The notes under the pieces were generated by a model. It was not told the DNA's origin. It saw only the letters and a program-made list of their open reading frames with translations, and did not search any database. From Phoronis australis (lineage: Eukaryota; Animalia; Phoronida), in NCBI GenBank assembly GCA_002633005.1, contig NMRA01000398.1:319202-383201 (forward strand): 64,000 nucleotides of DNA. The letters are read 5' to 3'. A program made the position numbers and the translations under genes. This document shows, in pieces, positions 49,497 through 62,346 of the stretch. Each line of letters starts with the position of its first letter. Positions within the stretch are counted from its first letter, which is position 1.

Positions 49497-49893
49497 GGGC
49501 CCGGTATCTAATCTTTGTACTCGAAAAAAACTCGAAACTATTTTTGGCAATTTCTTTTCTCTTTTTGTGCGAACTTAAGATAATTGGTTATCAGCTCGAA
49601 TACATTATAGTTTATGCGTAGGAGTCTCTAGTTCAAGTTTGCCCTTGAAGACCCTTATATTCGTGCTACAAACACGAGTAAAAACTCGAAATTTGGAGTT
49701 AAAACTCAAACTTATTGCTTTAATATTGGGTTTACAAACTGTGAACTAAGGGCAATAAATTATCAACATAAGTTATTGTGTACTCGAGCATAGAATAATA
49801 GACACTTATCTTGATTTCGCCCAAAAGTAGAGTAGAAAATGCCAAACCTATTTTCGAGTTCCATTTCGAGTAAAAAGATTGGAGACCGAGACC
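49497..49893. mobile_element. MITE-like element present in one duplicate only
   Basis: Imperfect TIRs gggcccggtatctaatctttgtactcgaaa and tttcgagtaaaaagattggagaccgagacc. The empty site is at ~46000-46010 (gtccagttaagaatttc). Confidence 0.8.
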
Positions 49894-51785
49894 AAGTAAG
49901 AATTTCGCTTTGAACGTTGACAATGCACTCACCGGACTCTATACCATCTGTCAAAACGTCACCTGCTCAGGAGACAAGTCTTGGGAAAGAATAATGGACT
50001 AAAGGCAAACGTGCGTGGTTTGGGCGTGTGTCGAGAATGTATAAATCGGAAGTGAGCATTAAATATATAGGGAGTGATTTTATTGCTTCCTTTTGCGCCT
50101 TCTAATGGCTTAAGAGTGTTAAAAAGTTAGGTGCAACGCAACTATTTAGTCTCAGTTTTTCTTACAGGAGGCATATTTCAAAAAATGGAGCTGTATACCT
50201 AAACAGTGTATGTATTTCTCAAGATCAGTCAATTCGGAATGTTTGGATGTTACATCTAGGAACGGATCCATGATTTTGAGTTCGGGGGGCAGGCAGAGTA
50301 TCGTCCATGACAGACATTCGCACCCCAGAAGTGCCAAATAGAATATGAAAGAATGTTAGGGTTCCCATGATATCGTTACCCCGCTTCAAACCCGTCATTG
50401 AGCTCGAATTGGTGAAAGGTTCAGAAGATTTCAACACACTAACCTGTATTCAGTCTACAAACACACACCAAAACCTATTAGCATCGGTCAGTGATGACCT
50501 GCGCTCACCACCATCCACGGGAGAATGAGTGACACAAAAATAATAAATTTCGATTTGGATTATTGCAACTACAAAAGCTGCTCTCAACCCTTGTCAGATG
50601 AAAATTGACTTATGGTCTTGAAAATATGTTGGTGAATAGAATGACACTCTGTGACAAGTCAAAATATGAAGCCTTGTTCAAAACAGTAGTGTGATCTGTG
50701 AGTTTTTTAGAGACCTGGCATTGAACCTTGCTTTGACAGAGGAACAAATTGAGATCATTTTGATAAGTTAAACAACAAGTGGTCTTACAATTTCTGAGGT
50801 GACGAAACTTGGTTAATAGAGAATTGAGAGTGCGTCATTGTTGAGAACGTTTATTTCAAGTTGATCTGTCAAATAATTCCAATGCGTTGAAAATTGTCTC
50901 TAGTAATGTTGAATTACCAGTTAGAAACACTTCTTGTTTTAGTAAAGAAAAAGGTGAGACCCTTTTTGTATCAGTGACTGCTCTAACTCAAAAGATAGCT
51001 TATTGGACGAATAGACGATGGAACTGCCTCTTTAGGAAAACCACTTACAACATCAGCACACATGTATCAGGCGGTCCCTTTGGATATCATATCTAACACC
51101 TGACAACTTGTTCCTCAATCGTTCATTCCGTTTCCATAGCAATACTAGTGATTTATGCTACCAGATTTCACAGGTCGGCATTTGCAACACCTTCTGAATG
51201 TCAGCAGAATAGTGCAATGACTGGACTTTTCCTTGTACTCTATGTCAAACTAAAGCTGGCTTGTTAGGCCGAATCGAGGTAAGGAATCCCGCATACGATG
51301 TGTTTCCTACTTTCGTTTGTCTTGTGAATGTTGCGTTCGCCAATAGGGTCGTCCTGGATTCCACGGCGACACTCGAATGTCGCAATGCCATAAAAATCAG
51401 CCAGTTTTCTCCGTTGCATTACTCGATATATTTGTGCTACCGATGCCAAAGAAGTATTACTGCTGTGCCTAGGGCTGCTCCGATGTGAGAATGTTTGATA
51501 AACTGGATAAATGCCTGTGGGATGTGTAATGCGAAATTCATCGCCTTCGCGAGATCAATGAGAGACACGAAAATGTGCCTGATTTCCTAAACCAGATCAT
51601 ACAACTTATTATCCCAGGGATAAAGTGTAGTTCAATCGCCTTGTAATACGGGACGGCCCTATTAGACCACTCTCTGTGTATTTTGCCTGCGTGAACGATT
51701 GATATGCGACGTCGTAAGCGAACATCGGAACGATTACGAGACAAGGATACATGTACATTTATGAAAACGACAATACATTGCTGGT

Positions 51786-53180
51786 TCATTGTTCAATGTT
51801 CTTAGCCTCTCTAACATTGACCAAATTTGCGACTGTGTGGGATTTTCGACCACTAATTACTACATTGAATAGGAAAAATAAGGCATCGGTCAATGTCAGA
51901 ATAGAAACGCCGCACCAAAAACCCAAATGCCCTCCGATCTCTGACAGCAAGCTCCAATGCCCATTGGGATACTTAGGTACCTCGGTAATCAGTTCGACTT
52001 CGTCGTTATTGAAAAAAACGTTCACCTGCGCAAAGTGCTCATTAATCAGTTTATTTCTAAATATAAACTCCATACTGTATTTAGACATATGTTTATAGGC
52101 AACGGACGAAGTCTTTTTTGCAACAAAATGTCTGTAAAAAGCCGCTGTTACGTACTTATTGGGCCAACTAAACGCAGACTGGGTTAACTTAAAATTATAC
52201 TCTTCGCAAGCTTCCTGACAATCACAGTGCTTATTCGACATTTGTTGGAATTCGTTCTTTGCTTTCAGCATGCAATCTACTTGGTTCGACCACTTTTCGT
52301 ATGTACAGTTGTGGATAGCTGTTAAGTTACCACAAAACGACACTAGAGGATGGTGATGTATTGGCAGGTCTGAATCTTTACAGTGACATCTATCGATCAC
52401 GTGCGTCTGTTCACACGCCCGTAAACAATTTGCTTTCGAATGGCGATAGTTTTCGAAAGAAAACTTGTTTTGGGTGCAGTTGGATTCAAATGGAGGACCA
52501 AGACGTCTTATTTTGACAGGCTTAACTGCTATGGAGGTGGAAAGCCCGGCGGCTATTTTGAGGGAATTTTCAGACGGATTTACAAATTCTCCTTCATTAT
52601 GCACAATCACTCTGAGACCGTGAGAGTTCAGATCTGTCAAAGTGGAATACGTCGATGTACCATTAATTTGCTGCTCCAAACTTGAGTCAACAGCGTATGA
52701 GTAAAGAATCAGCGAAAGTCCGTTCTCGTCTCCAGTTTTTTTCGTAGCATTGTCATCCATATTCATCGTAAAGCAACGCCCGTAATAGGGACTTAGAAAT
52801 TCTGTAATTTTACTAGTATTGCACGGGCTGCTGTCGTAAATACAGTCAATAACAATATCCTGCATCTTCCATGTGTAATCAGCAGCTCTATCGAGGTTAT
52901 CGTAAATAAGTGGATATCCTCCATATTTTTTGTTTTTTGTAGTATACAGTCCACTGGTTCCTGACATACATTCCGTTAAGACACTGAACAGGTTCATGAA
53001 AACTGTAGTCAAGTGGCTTTTTGTTGCTGGCGCCGTATTGCATACTGAGACACTGGGGAACGGTTTGTGAGCTGTAAATGTCTTTGTCACCGTTTTATGA
53101 TATGGATATTGGTAATAGTTGGCAAAGGATAGCACTACATTGACTGCAGCTGTAGTAAGACTGGCGAGAAGCACTACTAC
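51786..53180 (-). CDS. DEG/ENaC (ASIC/degenerin superfamily) channel gene (intact, - strand), coding exon 2; full protein ~500 aa
   Basis: Acceptor tttgtag|GTA at 53181/53180. Uninterrupted frame with FPSVSVCN, YGRCFTMN, GLRVIVH, Cys-rich thumb and TM2 LLSEIGGHLGFWCGVS. Confidence 0.95.
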   Translation of the reverse strand, partial: VVVLLASLTTAAVNVVLSFANYYQYPYHKTVTKTFTAHKPFPSVSVCNTAPATKSHLTTVFMNLFSVLTECMSGTSGLYTTKNKKYGGYPLIYDNLDRAADYTWKMQDIVIDCIYDSSPCNTSKITEFLSPYYGRCFTMNMDDNATKKTGDENGLSLILYSYAVDSSLEQQINGTSTYSTLTDLNSHGLRVIVHNEGEFVNPSENSLKIAAGLSTSIAVKPVKIRRLGPPFESNCTQNKFSFENYRHSKANCLRACEQTHVIDRCHCKDSDLPIHHHPLVSFCGNLTAIHNCTYEKWSNQVDCMLKAKNEFQQMSNKHCDCQEACEEYNFKLTQSAFSWPNKYVTAAFYRHFVAKKTSSVAYKHMSKYSMEFIFRNKLINEHFAQVNVFFNNDEVELITEVPKYPNGHWSLLSEIGGHLGFWCGVSILTLTDALFFLFNVVISGRKSHTVANLVNVREAKNIEQ

Positions 53181-54013
53181 CTACAAAGACAGAATGAGTT
53201 AATGCTGTATAAAACTTTATTGACAGAATCATATCCGTTGTAGTAATATTGCACATGTGTATAGCAAAATCCTGTTGTTCATTCTCTGTTAATTTCAAAT
53301 ACAGGGTACATAGCGTGAGAAAAATGGTTTGCAGAACCACCCTAAACCGCACGGTTGCAGAGCTATCACTCAAATCAAATCTCCTGCCCGAATTTAAATG
53401 TATACATGTGACGAGTTACATACATGTATGTCACAGAAGCAACGCAGGTAGTGAACTACATGCATGGTGCATTTAACATTGACAAAACGTGCCAAATGAT
53501 TTACACTCAGAACTATTGGTCACTGTAGCAATACAGCTGAAGACGAGGATTCTCGGAAATTACTTTACTGTGATTGCGTGGATAGCTCTCCCGAGAAAAG
53601 TTGAAAACAGCTTATCGATAGGAAACCGGAGACACGCCATTCTGAAAGCGCAAATCCCACTTCCCCTTAACCCAATATCGCAGTCATAGGAGAAACGTGT
53701 TCTGACTGAATGACGCTTTGCAACCTTTAGAGTCATTGTGTGAATCCTTTGTATATTCCACAGCAGGTCCAAGTGGACCACAAAGATTGTCGCTGTGCAG
53801 TCCCACTGTATTAAATCATGAACATACAAGAAAATTAAATTCTCGAGGAACTGAACGTCTTGTCCTTTGTCTCTGCCATACATGTACTCTATCGTCATAT
53901 TCCAACAAATTTTATTTCATTTTGTCAGCGCTATCGCGGAAATAGCCAGTCAAATATGACAATCGTGCTTTAAAAACAATGAACGCAGGTTGTTACTGAT
54001 GCGGGCAACTTAC

Positions 54014-54121
54014 CATTCCAATTCGTAACACTTTGTTATAATTTTGGTTGAAGATCTGAGACGCCCCGTGACAGGAAGTCGTTCCACAGAGCTCAGGCAA
54101 GTGTTTTTCCCTATTCTTCAT
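54014..54121 (-). CDS. DEG/ENaC channel gene (- strand), coding exon 1
   Basis: MKNREKHLPELCGTTSCHGASQIFNQNYNKVLRIGM|GTAAGT; HG motif; 108 nt, phase 0. Confidence 0.9.
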
Positions 54122-55521
54122 TTTCGCTCCGTGATCAGTTTGGCCTCTACTTCTCAGTGTTACTATTGGCCTTTGTTTCTGCCTGTTGCAGATTACATAA
54201 AACTTGTCCACGAGTCGAGAGATTAGGTGAAGTGATGAACGGTATTGGATTTTACGATTGAAACACACTGTTCAAACGTGACATTTAGCGAACCGTAGGC
54301 CTAACTTGGGAAATGGGTATTGATGAATTAATGGAATTGTAAACAATGTAATAAGGAAACTCCAATTTTTGAAGCAGAGTTGATTCATACGTCAACTACA
54401 CAGGCTTAGTATATGGCGTCTGTGCGACTGGAGCAGTGTCTGTTACCAGCCTGCAAACGGGGATAAAATAATCAAAAGCGCGCCTTAACGTTAATAAAAT
54501 CAAAATTTTATCGAATTTGCTGACGAAATGTGGCGAACAAATTTTGACAGAAATTATTTTGCAGCACTCGGGCCCGCAGCCGATCGGACCCTGGGCGGAC
54601 CGAAACCTGGAACTGGCGAACGGTAAAGCCATGCGGTTGCAAGCCGTTTTGTAGCAATAAAAGTTTCAAGTCATAAATGCCGTAAAAATACAAAGGTAGT
54701 TTCAGACACTTCCATAAATACACGCGATGGTTGGCCCTGTGTCACACTGCCCCGGCAGCCCTAAGGTTAGCTAGCCTGCCAGCTAGCAGTATGAAGACTA
54801 TCGTCAAAATATCAAATATAATCAATAGTAGTTGACTGTCAAACAAAAAACATTTTAAAAATTATTTCAACAATTTTTTAGCTTAGTGTAAGATCACCTG
54901 AATGGGGAATTCATAGTAAAATAATTCGAAAATACCTTATTTTTGCATTAAAATGGAACAAAGTTCCTTTTTGTAGCAATGTTTGTCACAATCAGTCAAC
55001 GCTAAATCTTCGCAAATTACGAAGTAGCTGTTGAACATGCTTTTCAGTTCAGTAAAGGTCTCCATGTTGTCGGTGCCGCTAGAAATGAGTCCAACGAGAA
55101 TTGGGAGCACATCTATCACTTAATAAGTAACAACTGCAAGGCAGGAATTTGGTGAAAACTGTTGAATAGTAAGTAAAGATATATCTCTTTAAACTTCACC
55201 ATAAATTGTTGGCGAAAACAATTTACACAAAGTTTTAAACTCGTAACTTATACCGCTGTCGTCCAAGACGGCCGACCCGATTCAAAGTGACGTAAATTTC
55301 GCCAAAAAATTGCAATAACTGTGCACTGCTTGTCCGATTTTGATACTTTTTTATTTATACTGAGTAGGATGCATTATCTTTCCGATGAAAGCAAAGTACT
55401 TTTTCAAAACGAAAAAAATTGGTTCGACCGCTCTACCAATGCTATTTTAACATAATAAACAAAAGTACGCGTAACATTTCAAAAAAATTTAACGACCACT
55501 AACTACGAAGTATAAATACAT

Positions 55522-55522
<1 letters not shown>

Positions 55523-55600
<78 letters not shown>
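55523..55600. repeat. (TA)n microsatellite
   Basis: About 78 bp of nearly pure TA repeats. Confidence 0.95.
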
Positions 55601-55601
<1 letters not shown>

Positions 55602-56487
55602 CAAACGAATCGCGAGATATTACTAATAAAAGAATATAATGAAGACATTTCGAGCAAGAGATGGAACATTCAGTTACAAGGAAAAAATGGCGGCGTTCAG
55701 GATAAGTTCCTGAACTGACGAGCCGAAAATGTGGGTACGGAAATAACCGATGACTTACGATAATTATCTGCTCACAGAGAAGGATCAAATACAGGTAAAA
55801 AACGCTTGTGGCGCGAAAGGCGAAAAGAATATAACAAAAGGGTATCGAAAATAAGATTTTATTCATTAAGTATTTATGGATAATGGACACACATTGACAT
55901 TTTAACATAAGGACTTTAAGCCTCATTGATGAGGTATTTTTGTGCTTTTGTGTGAATGTGTCGGTATGCCTGTAATTAAGATCGTTTATTATCGAATCTA
56001 TTATGTTGCAATACATAAAAATCGTCTTTTGCTATTCCAATATCTGTCAGTAATAATCGTGTTCATATTTTTTGTTATTATATTTGTTATTCTGCCTGCA
56101 TATACTGTTTTGTGGACAATATTCTTTTAATTTCCTGTGTTACTTTTAGGTTGAAATAAACGGTATTGTAAAGAAAACAAGCCTCGGCGCAAGCGACAAA
56201 TTACAAAATATGAGCATAATTTACTCTTTGCACATCATAATTACCATTTGTCTGATCAATTTTCCAAACATAGGTCATCTTATGACTATCGTCGTAACAG
56301 AGGTTATGTTTTTGTCTTTGTTTGAAGATGTGTGTGCTCGTATCCCGGGGGTCACTCCTTGACATCTGCGTGGCACCTGTATGCGTGCTCAAGAATTGTG
56401 AGTGACTCCCCCAATCGGGTTCCATTTCACTGANGGAGTATAGTGGCTATTTCTGTTGCGCTACAGTATAATTCTTTTGAATTTTTA

Positions 56488-58687
56488 AGATAAAATGCTA
56501 CTAAAAACCTGATGTCTGATTCATTAAATTTTTGCGCATAGTCCACAACCACTGCATTTTTAGCGCGACTCTCCCACGTTTAAACTCAGCGCAAACAAAC
56601 TTGTGTTGTTTAAACACGTACCAGTTTGAAAGTTTCGTTCTAAAAACAGCTATTAATGTTTTGTGTCTCAAGAGCAAGATTTGTTCATATGCACCTGAAG
56701 ATAAGCACGTCAAGTAACCAATCACCGTTATTTTATTTCCGAATAATTACGTAATAAAATTGTCAATAAGCCCATACAATGAAATATAAAATTACTATTA
56801 CAAAGTTAATGCGTAATTTTAACTACCATTGAAATTCAAATATAAAAGCGATAAGGATTCTGACGCTGAAGCAATCAGTGATCTCTACTCAGTTCTTTGA
56901 ATCAATGCGTTATGTACATTGTATCAGAGAGAGTACAGTTCCTGACAAGACTTTACAGAACTTAGAATAAATTGAACAGTTAATTCTGGAGATGTATCTG
57001 CACACCAATATTCGGAAGCTGAGTATGCAGAAAATGTTTCTGATGCTGAAATTAATATTCAAATTTTAAACATTTCTTTGACTATTAAATGGGAATCATA
57101 TTATATACGTCCGGAAAATCCATTTGGGGATTAATGCTAAATAAGGTAGACTTATTCAAGTTATCAAGCTTTATCACAGCTGTATATAGAATTAAAGTCA
57201 GTTGTTTTTGTGGATACATTTCAAATCGTCAATTTTCCCCATTGTCTGTCAGACATTCTCTGAAATTAAGGTCTTTGGTCAATTACGATTTACAGTAAAT
57301 AGTCAGACACACAGTGAGGTGGACTAAGGCTAGTAAGTAGAGCAGTAGGCTGTGACACCAGCATCCGATTGTAATCCATCCTTGGGCTGATCTCATAAAA
57401 ATACTTTCTACGCCTATAGGTGTCGCTTTATAGCGCCAGTAATAATGGTATAGAACATCGGTGGTGCACAAAAATGTAAAAGCACTGGAAATTAGAAATG
57501 GTAACGTGCATCTACGAGCTGATCAAATTCTTTTAACCTTATTCTTTTGGCAAAGCGAGAGCATTCTTCATATGTGCCAAGTGGCAGAATACAACAATAT
57601 TTGCTGAGTATTATTAAGTAAATAGTTGTTATAAATTCGTGTTGCCTGTATACTGGAAAACCTGCTCCGGCTTATGAGACAACAACACCTTTTCTAAGTC
57701 GCTAATAAACTATAAATGTTTATATCCTTACACAATGTATGTGGTAAATATCAGACGAAGGAGTCAACGCCATTCTCCACTAAACTTTGAACTGATTACT
57801 GCGATATCGTGAAAATAAAGCAGGCGTGCATAATATGCGTTTTGGTAAAACAAGCGTAAGCCCGAATCAATCCCAGAGTTAACTGAACGCCCGGAAAGTA
57901 TGACGTTCCATAAACAGCAGGACGCAAACCAGACCTCGCGTGCATCAACTTTGATGGATTTACACTTTGACGGAATTATTGGGATGTTTAGTCAAAGTTC
58001 TGTTAACATAAATTACGATATGTGTTGAACTCTTGCCGGAATTTCGTAAGACGTAATTTTGCGTAGGTGCTAAATGTTAATTTATGAAAGGACCCGTGAT
58101 TTCGACAACAGCTGTTGAGATTTAATCGGGGTTTAATGGGAATTAACTCGTATTCTAGTCATAAAGGAGGGGATTTTTAGTTTTGTATTTTGAAATTCTA
58201 GAATTCTGGCACTGTACATTGTATATAATGTGGTAAGATAACTCTTTGCAAGTTAATGTGATTTCATTTTTCGTGCATCGGGACGATTTTTTAAAACTAA
58301 ACTACCTAAAATGCAAATTATACATAAGTGATGTTACCACACAAAACAAGTTTCAAATCTCTCCACAGCATTATCCAGGAAATCGATGTGTAAAACCAAG
58401 TAAAAAATTAACGATGTTGGCAACCCAACTCCGGGCTGATTCATTTCAATATAATTATGCCGAAAACTCAGTTCAATCTGATGGCCGAAAGCAATGTGAC
58501 ATTAAGACAAGGACAGTTGCGAGACTAACTTGTCAGTGGTAATAAGCAAGTTTTATGTTATTTATGTTAAGCCGTGAATAGGGGACAAATATCCTATTGT
58601 TGAGTAGCTTACGAACAGAAGAAATTTGAAAATAAAAACAGAGACGCGATTCGTATCCAAGTCAACGTTTCGGTTTATTAGTGTTAA
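56488..58687. repeat. ~2.2-kb block duplicated at 59146-61318 across the N gap (probable allelic duplicate)
   Basis: ataaaatgctactaaaaacctgatg...cggtttattagtgtta present on both sides of the gap at high identity. Confidence 0.85.
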
Positions 58688-58919
58688 GTATCAGTCCACG
58701 GATCCACCGACCACTGTACAGCCAACAAGCGGCAAGGTGGGGGGTCAACCATTCAGATCCATGTTTAGTCTGATAAATCACATTAGGGATGAGAGAAAAT
58801 GGGTAAAGTATGACACCACAAAGTTTGGTGGTTTAGGAGATACAAGGGAAGTGTTCTGGGGGGCAAAATGAGGCAATTTCTTGGTGTGGAATGAGTCATA
58901 TTTGACCAAATTTTCCACT

Positions 58920-59145
58920 NNNNNNNNNNNNNNNNNNNNNNNNNNNNNNNNNNNNNNNNNNNNNNNNNNNNNNNNNNNNNNNNNNNNNNNNNNNNNNNNN
59001 NNNNNNNNNNNNNNNNNNNNNNNNNNNNNNNNNNNNNNNNNNNNNNNNNNNNNNNNNNNNNNNNNNNNNNNNNNNNNNNNNNNNNNNNNNNNNNNNNNNN
59101 NNNNNNNNNNNNNNNNNNNNNNNNNNNNNNNNNNNNNNNNNNNNN
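58920..59145. other. Assembly gap (226 N)
   Basis: Run of n. Confidence 1.
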
Positions 59146-62100
59146 ATAAAATGCTACTAAAAACCTGATGTCTGATTCATTAAATTTTTGCGCATACATG
59201 TAGTCCACAGGACTTACAACCACTGCATTTTTAGCGCGACTCTCCCACGTTTAAACTCAGCGCAAACAAACTTGTGTTGTTTAAACACGTACCAGTTTGC
59301 AAGTTTCTTTCTAAAAACAGCAATAAATGTTTTGGGTCTCAAGAGCAAAATTTGTTCATATGCTCCTGAAGATAAACACGTCAAGTAACCGAACACCGTT
59401 ATTTTATTTCCGAATAATTACGTAATAAATTTGTCAATAAGCCCATACAATCAAATATAAAATTACTTTTACAAATTTAATGCGTAATTTTAACTACCAT
59501 TGAAATTCAAATATAAAAGCGATAAGGGTTCTGACGCTGAAGCAATCAGTGATCTCTACTTAATTCATTGAATCAATGCGTTATGTACATTGTATCAGAG
59601 AGAGTACAGTTCCTGACAAGACTTTACAGAACTTAGAATAAATTGAACAGTTAATTCTGGAGATGTACATGTATCTGCACACCAATATTCGGACGCTGAG
59701 CATGTAGAAAATGTTTCTGATGCTGAAATTAATATCAAAACAGCAAACTTTTCTTTGACACCTAAATGGGTCTCATAGGTTTTACGTCCGCAAAGTCCAT
59801 TTTGTAGATTAATGCTATATAAGATATACAGCAATAAAGTCAGTTGTTTTTTGTGGTTATATTTTAAATCGTCAATTTTCCCCATTGTCTGTCAGACGTT
59901 CTCTGAAATTAAGGTCTTTTGTCAATTACGATTTACAGTAAATAGTCAGACACACAGTGAGGTGAACTAAGGCTAGTAAGTAGAGCAGTAGGCTGTGACA
60001 CCAGCATCCGATTGTAATTCATCCTTGGGCTGATCTCATAAAAATACTTTCTACGCCTATATGTGTCACTTTATAGCGCTAGTAATAATGGTATAGAACA
60101 TCGGTGGTGCACAAAAATGTAAAAGTACTGGAAATTAGAAATGGTAACGTGCATCTACGAGCTGATCAAATTCTTTTAACCTTATTCTCTTGGCAAAGCG
60201 AGAGCATTCTTCACATGTGCCAAGAGGCAGAACACAACAATATTTGCTGAGTATTAATAAGTAAATAGTTGTTATGAATTCGTGTTGTCTGTATACTGGA
60301 AAACCTCCACCGGCTTATGAGACAACAACACCTTTGCTAAGTGGCTAATAAACTATAAATGTTTATATCCTTACACACCGTATGCGGTAAATATCAGACA
60401 AAGGAGTCATCGTCATTCCACTAAAACTGATTACTGCGATGTCGTGGAAATAAAGCAGGCGTGCATAATATGAGTTTTGGTAAAACAAGCGTAAGCCGGA
60501 ATCAATCCCAGAGTTAACAGAACGCCCGGAAAGTATGGCGTGTCCGAAAACAGCAGGACGCAAACCAGACCTCGCGTGCATCAACTTTGATGGATTTACA
60601 CTTTGACGGAATTATTGGTATGTTTAGTCAAAGTTCTGTTAACATAAATTACGATATGTGTTGAACTCTTGCCGGAATTTCGTAAGACGTAATTTTGCCT
60701 AGGTGCTAAATGTTAATTTATGAAAGTACCTGTGATTTCGACAACAGCTGTTGAGATTTAATCGGGGTTTAGAGGGAATTAACTCGTATTCTAGTCATAA
60801 AGGAGGGGATTTTTAGTTTTGTGTTTTGAAATTCTAGAATTCTGGCACTGTACATTGTATATAATGTGGTAAGATAACTCTGTGCAAGTTAATGCGATTT
60901 CATTTTTCGTGCATCGGGACGATTCTTTAAAACTAAACTACCTAAAATGCAAATTATACATAAGTGATGTCACCACACAAAGCAAGTTTCAAATCTCTCC
61001 ATAGCATTATCCAGGAAATCGATGTGTAAAACCAAGTAAAAATCAACGATGTTGGCAACCCAACTCCGGGCTGATTCATTTCAATATATGCCGAAAACTC
61101 AATTCAATCTTATGGCCGAAAGCAAAGTGACATTAAGACAAGGACAGTTGCGAGACTAACTTGTCAGTGGTAATAAGCAAGTTTTATGTTATTTATGCTT
61201 AGGCCGTGAATAGGGGACAAATATCCTATTGTTGAGTAGCTCACGAACAGAAGAAATTTGAAAATAAAAACAGAGACGCGATTCATATCCAAGTCAACGT
61301 TTCGGTTTATTAGTGTTATTAACAAGCTGGATCAGACTTTAGATTTTGGAACTGGCTTCCAAATTTTGAAAAAAATACCACGGAGATTTTGTCATTGATC
61401 CGAGATATCATTTCACCTCATCTAAGTAATGGAGAAAGAATTCATGAATTTAGTAACAGGTATGACGAGCAATACGGCGGGCTAGCAAGGTCTAAATTCA
61501 TGCGCGCTGTGTTATTTTATCAAAGGTCACACGGACGTAGCACGTTCTTGCAAACCCGACGTTGAGATTTCACAGCCATACATGTAAGATTGAAAGTGAT
61601 TTTAAGTTGGCACTTTTCCTATTCAAACGTAATTGGGTCCCTAATTAATTTGATAAGCGTTGCATCCCCGATAAATTATTCATTTACACAAAATATTGAT
61701 GTAACAGGTCAAATTCATTCAGTAGCTTCCAAAATAAATTGAATCTGTCAATTTCGAGTTTCCGCTCACAAAAATAACCCTTCATATTCGACTAGAATAG
61801 GTCTCAATTCTATCTAAACGTTCACATATTTTCGACAGGTGGTGCTCCACCCACGTTGTGATGTTGAAATAGGACAACTCCCAGTGCAAAGCCAACTAAA
61901 ACAAAACGTTGATTTATTTCGACAAAAACGCAACTTAACTGCAAAATCTGTGTAGTTAACTTAAGGAATTGCTAAGAAGTAACTTCGTTTTCTTCTAATA
62001 TTTATTCAGAATGGATGAAAACTGAGACCGTGATTTGTAGATTTTAAAGCAAACATACTTTGACCAGCATGCACGTGGCAATACTTGAACGATTTACTAA

Positions 62101-62202
62101 TTTATTTAAGAAATATTAATTTTTTGATGACGTCCGTTATTTGTTTAGAAACAGGCTTACAATAACTCAAATAACAACAGTACATGTATGTCATGACGTT
62201 CG

Positions 62203-62346
62203 GGCGTGCTTTCAGTAACGCTAGGACTTACGCTAGGACCTAGCTAAAATCTAGACAAAGCCACGTGTTCTCATTTACATGTAAAATACACGGCAATACC
62301 TCAAGTCTTACTGTTTAGCGAGGTCCCAACGTTACTGAACGGGAGG
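62203..62346. mobile_element. MITE-like element, inverted relative of 1975-2121
   Basis: ttcagtaacgctaggac...gaggtcccaacgttactgaacggg. Confidence 0.7.

Noticed and set aside
51751-52685. Plus-strand ORFs antisense to ENaC exons (also 12646-13026)
   Set aside because: Shadow frames of the real coding strand; no independent evidence.
55489-56016. 175-aa ORF with YIYIYI tract
   Set aside because: Artefact of the (TA)n microsatellite.
58783-59223. ORFs spanning poly-X
   Set aside because: Created by the N gap.
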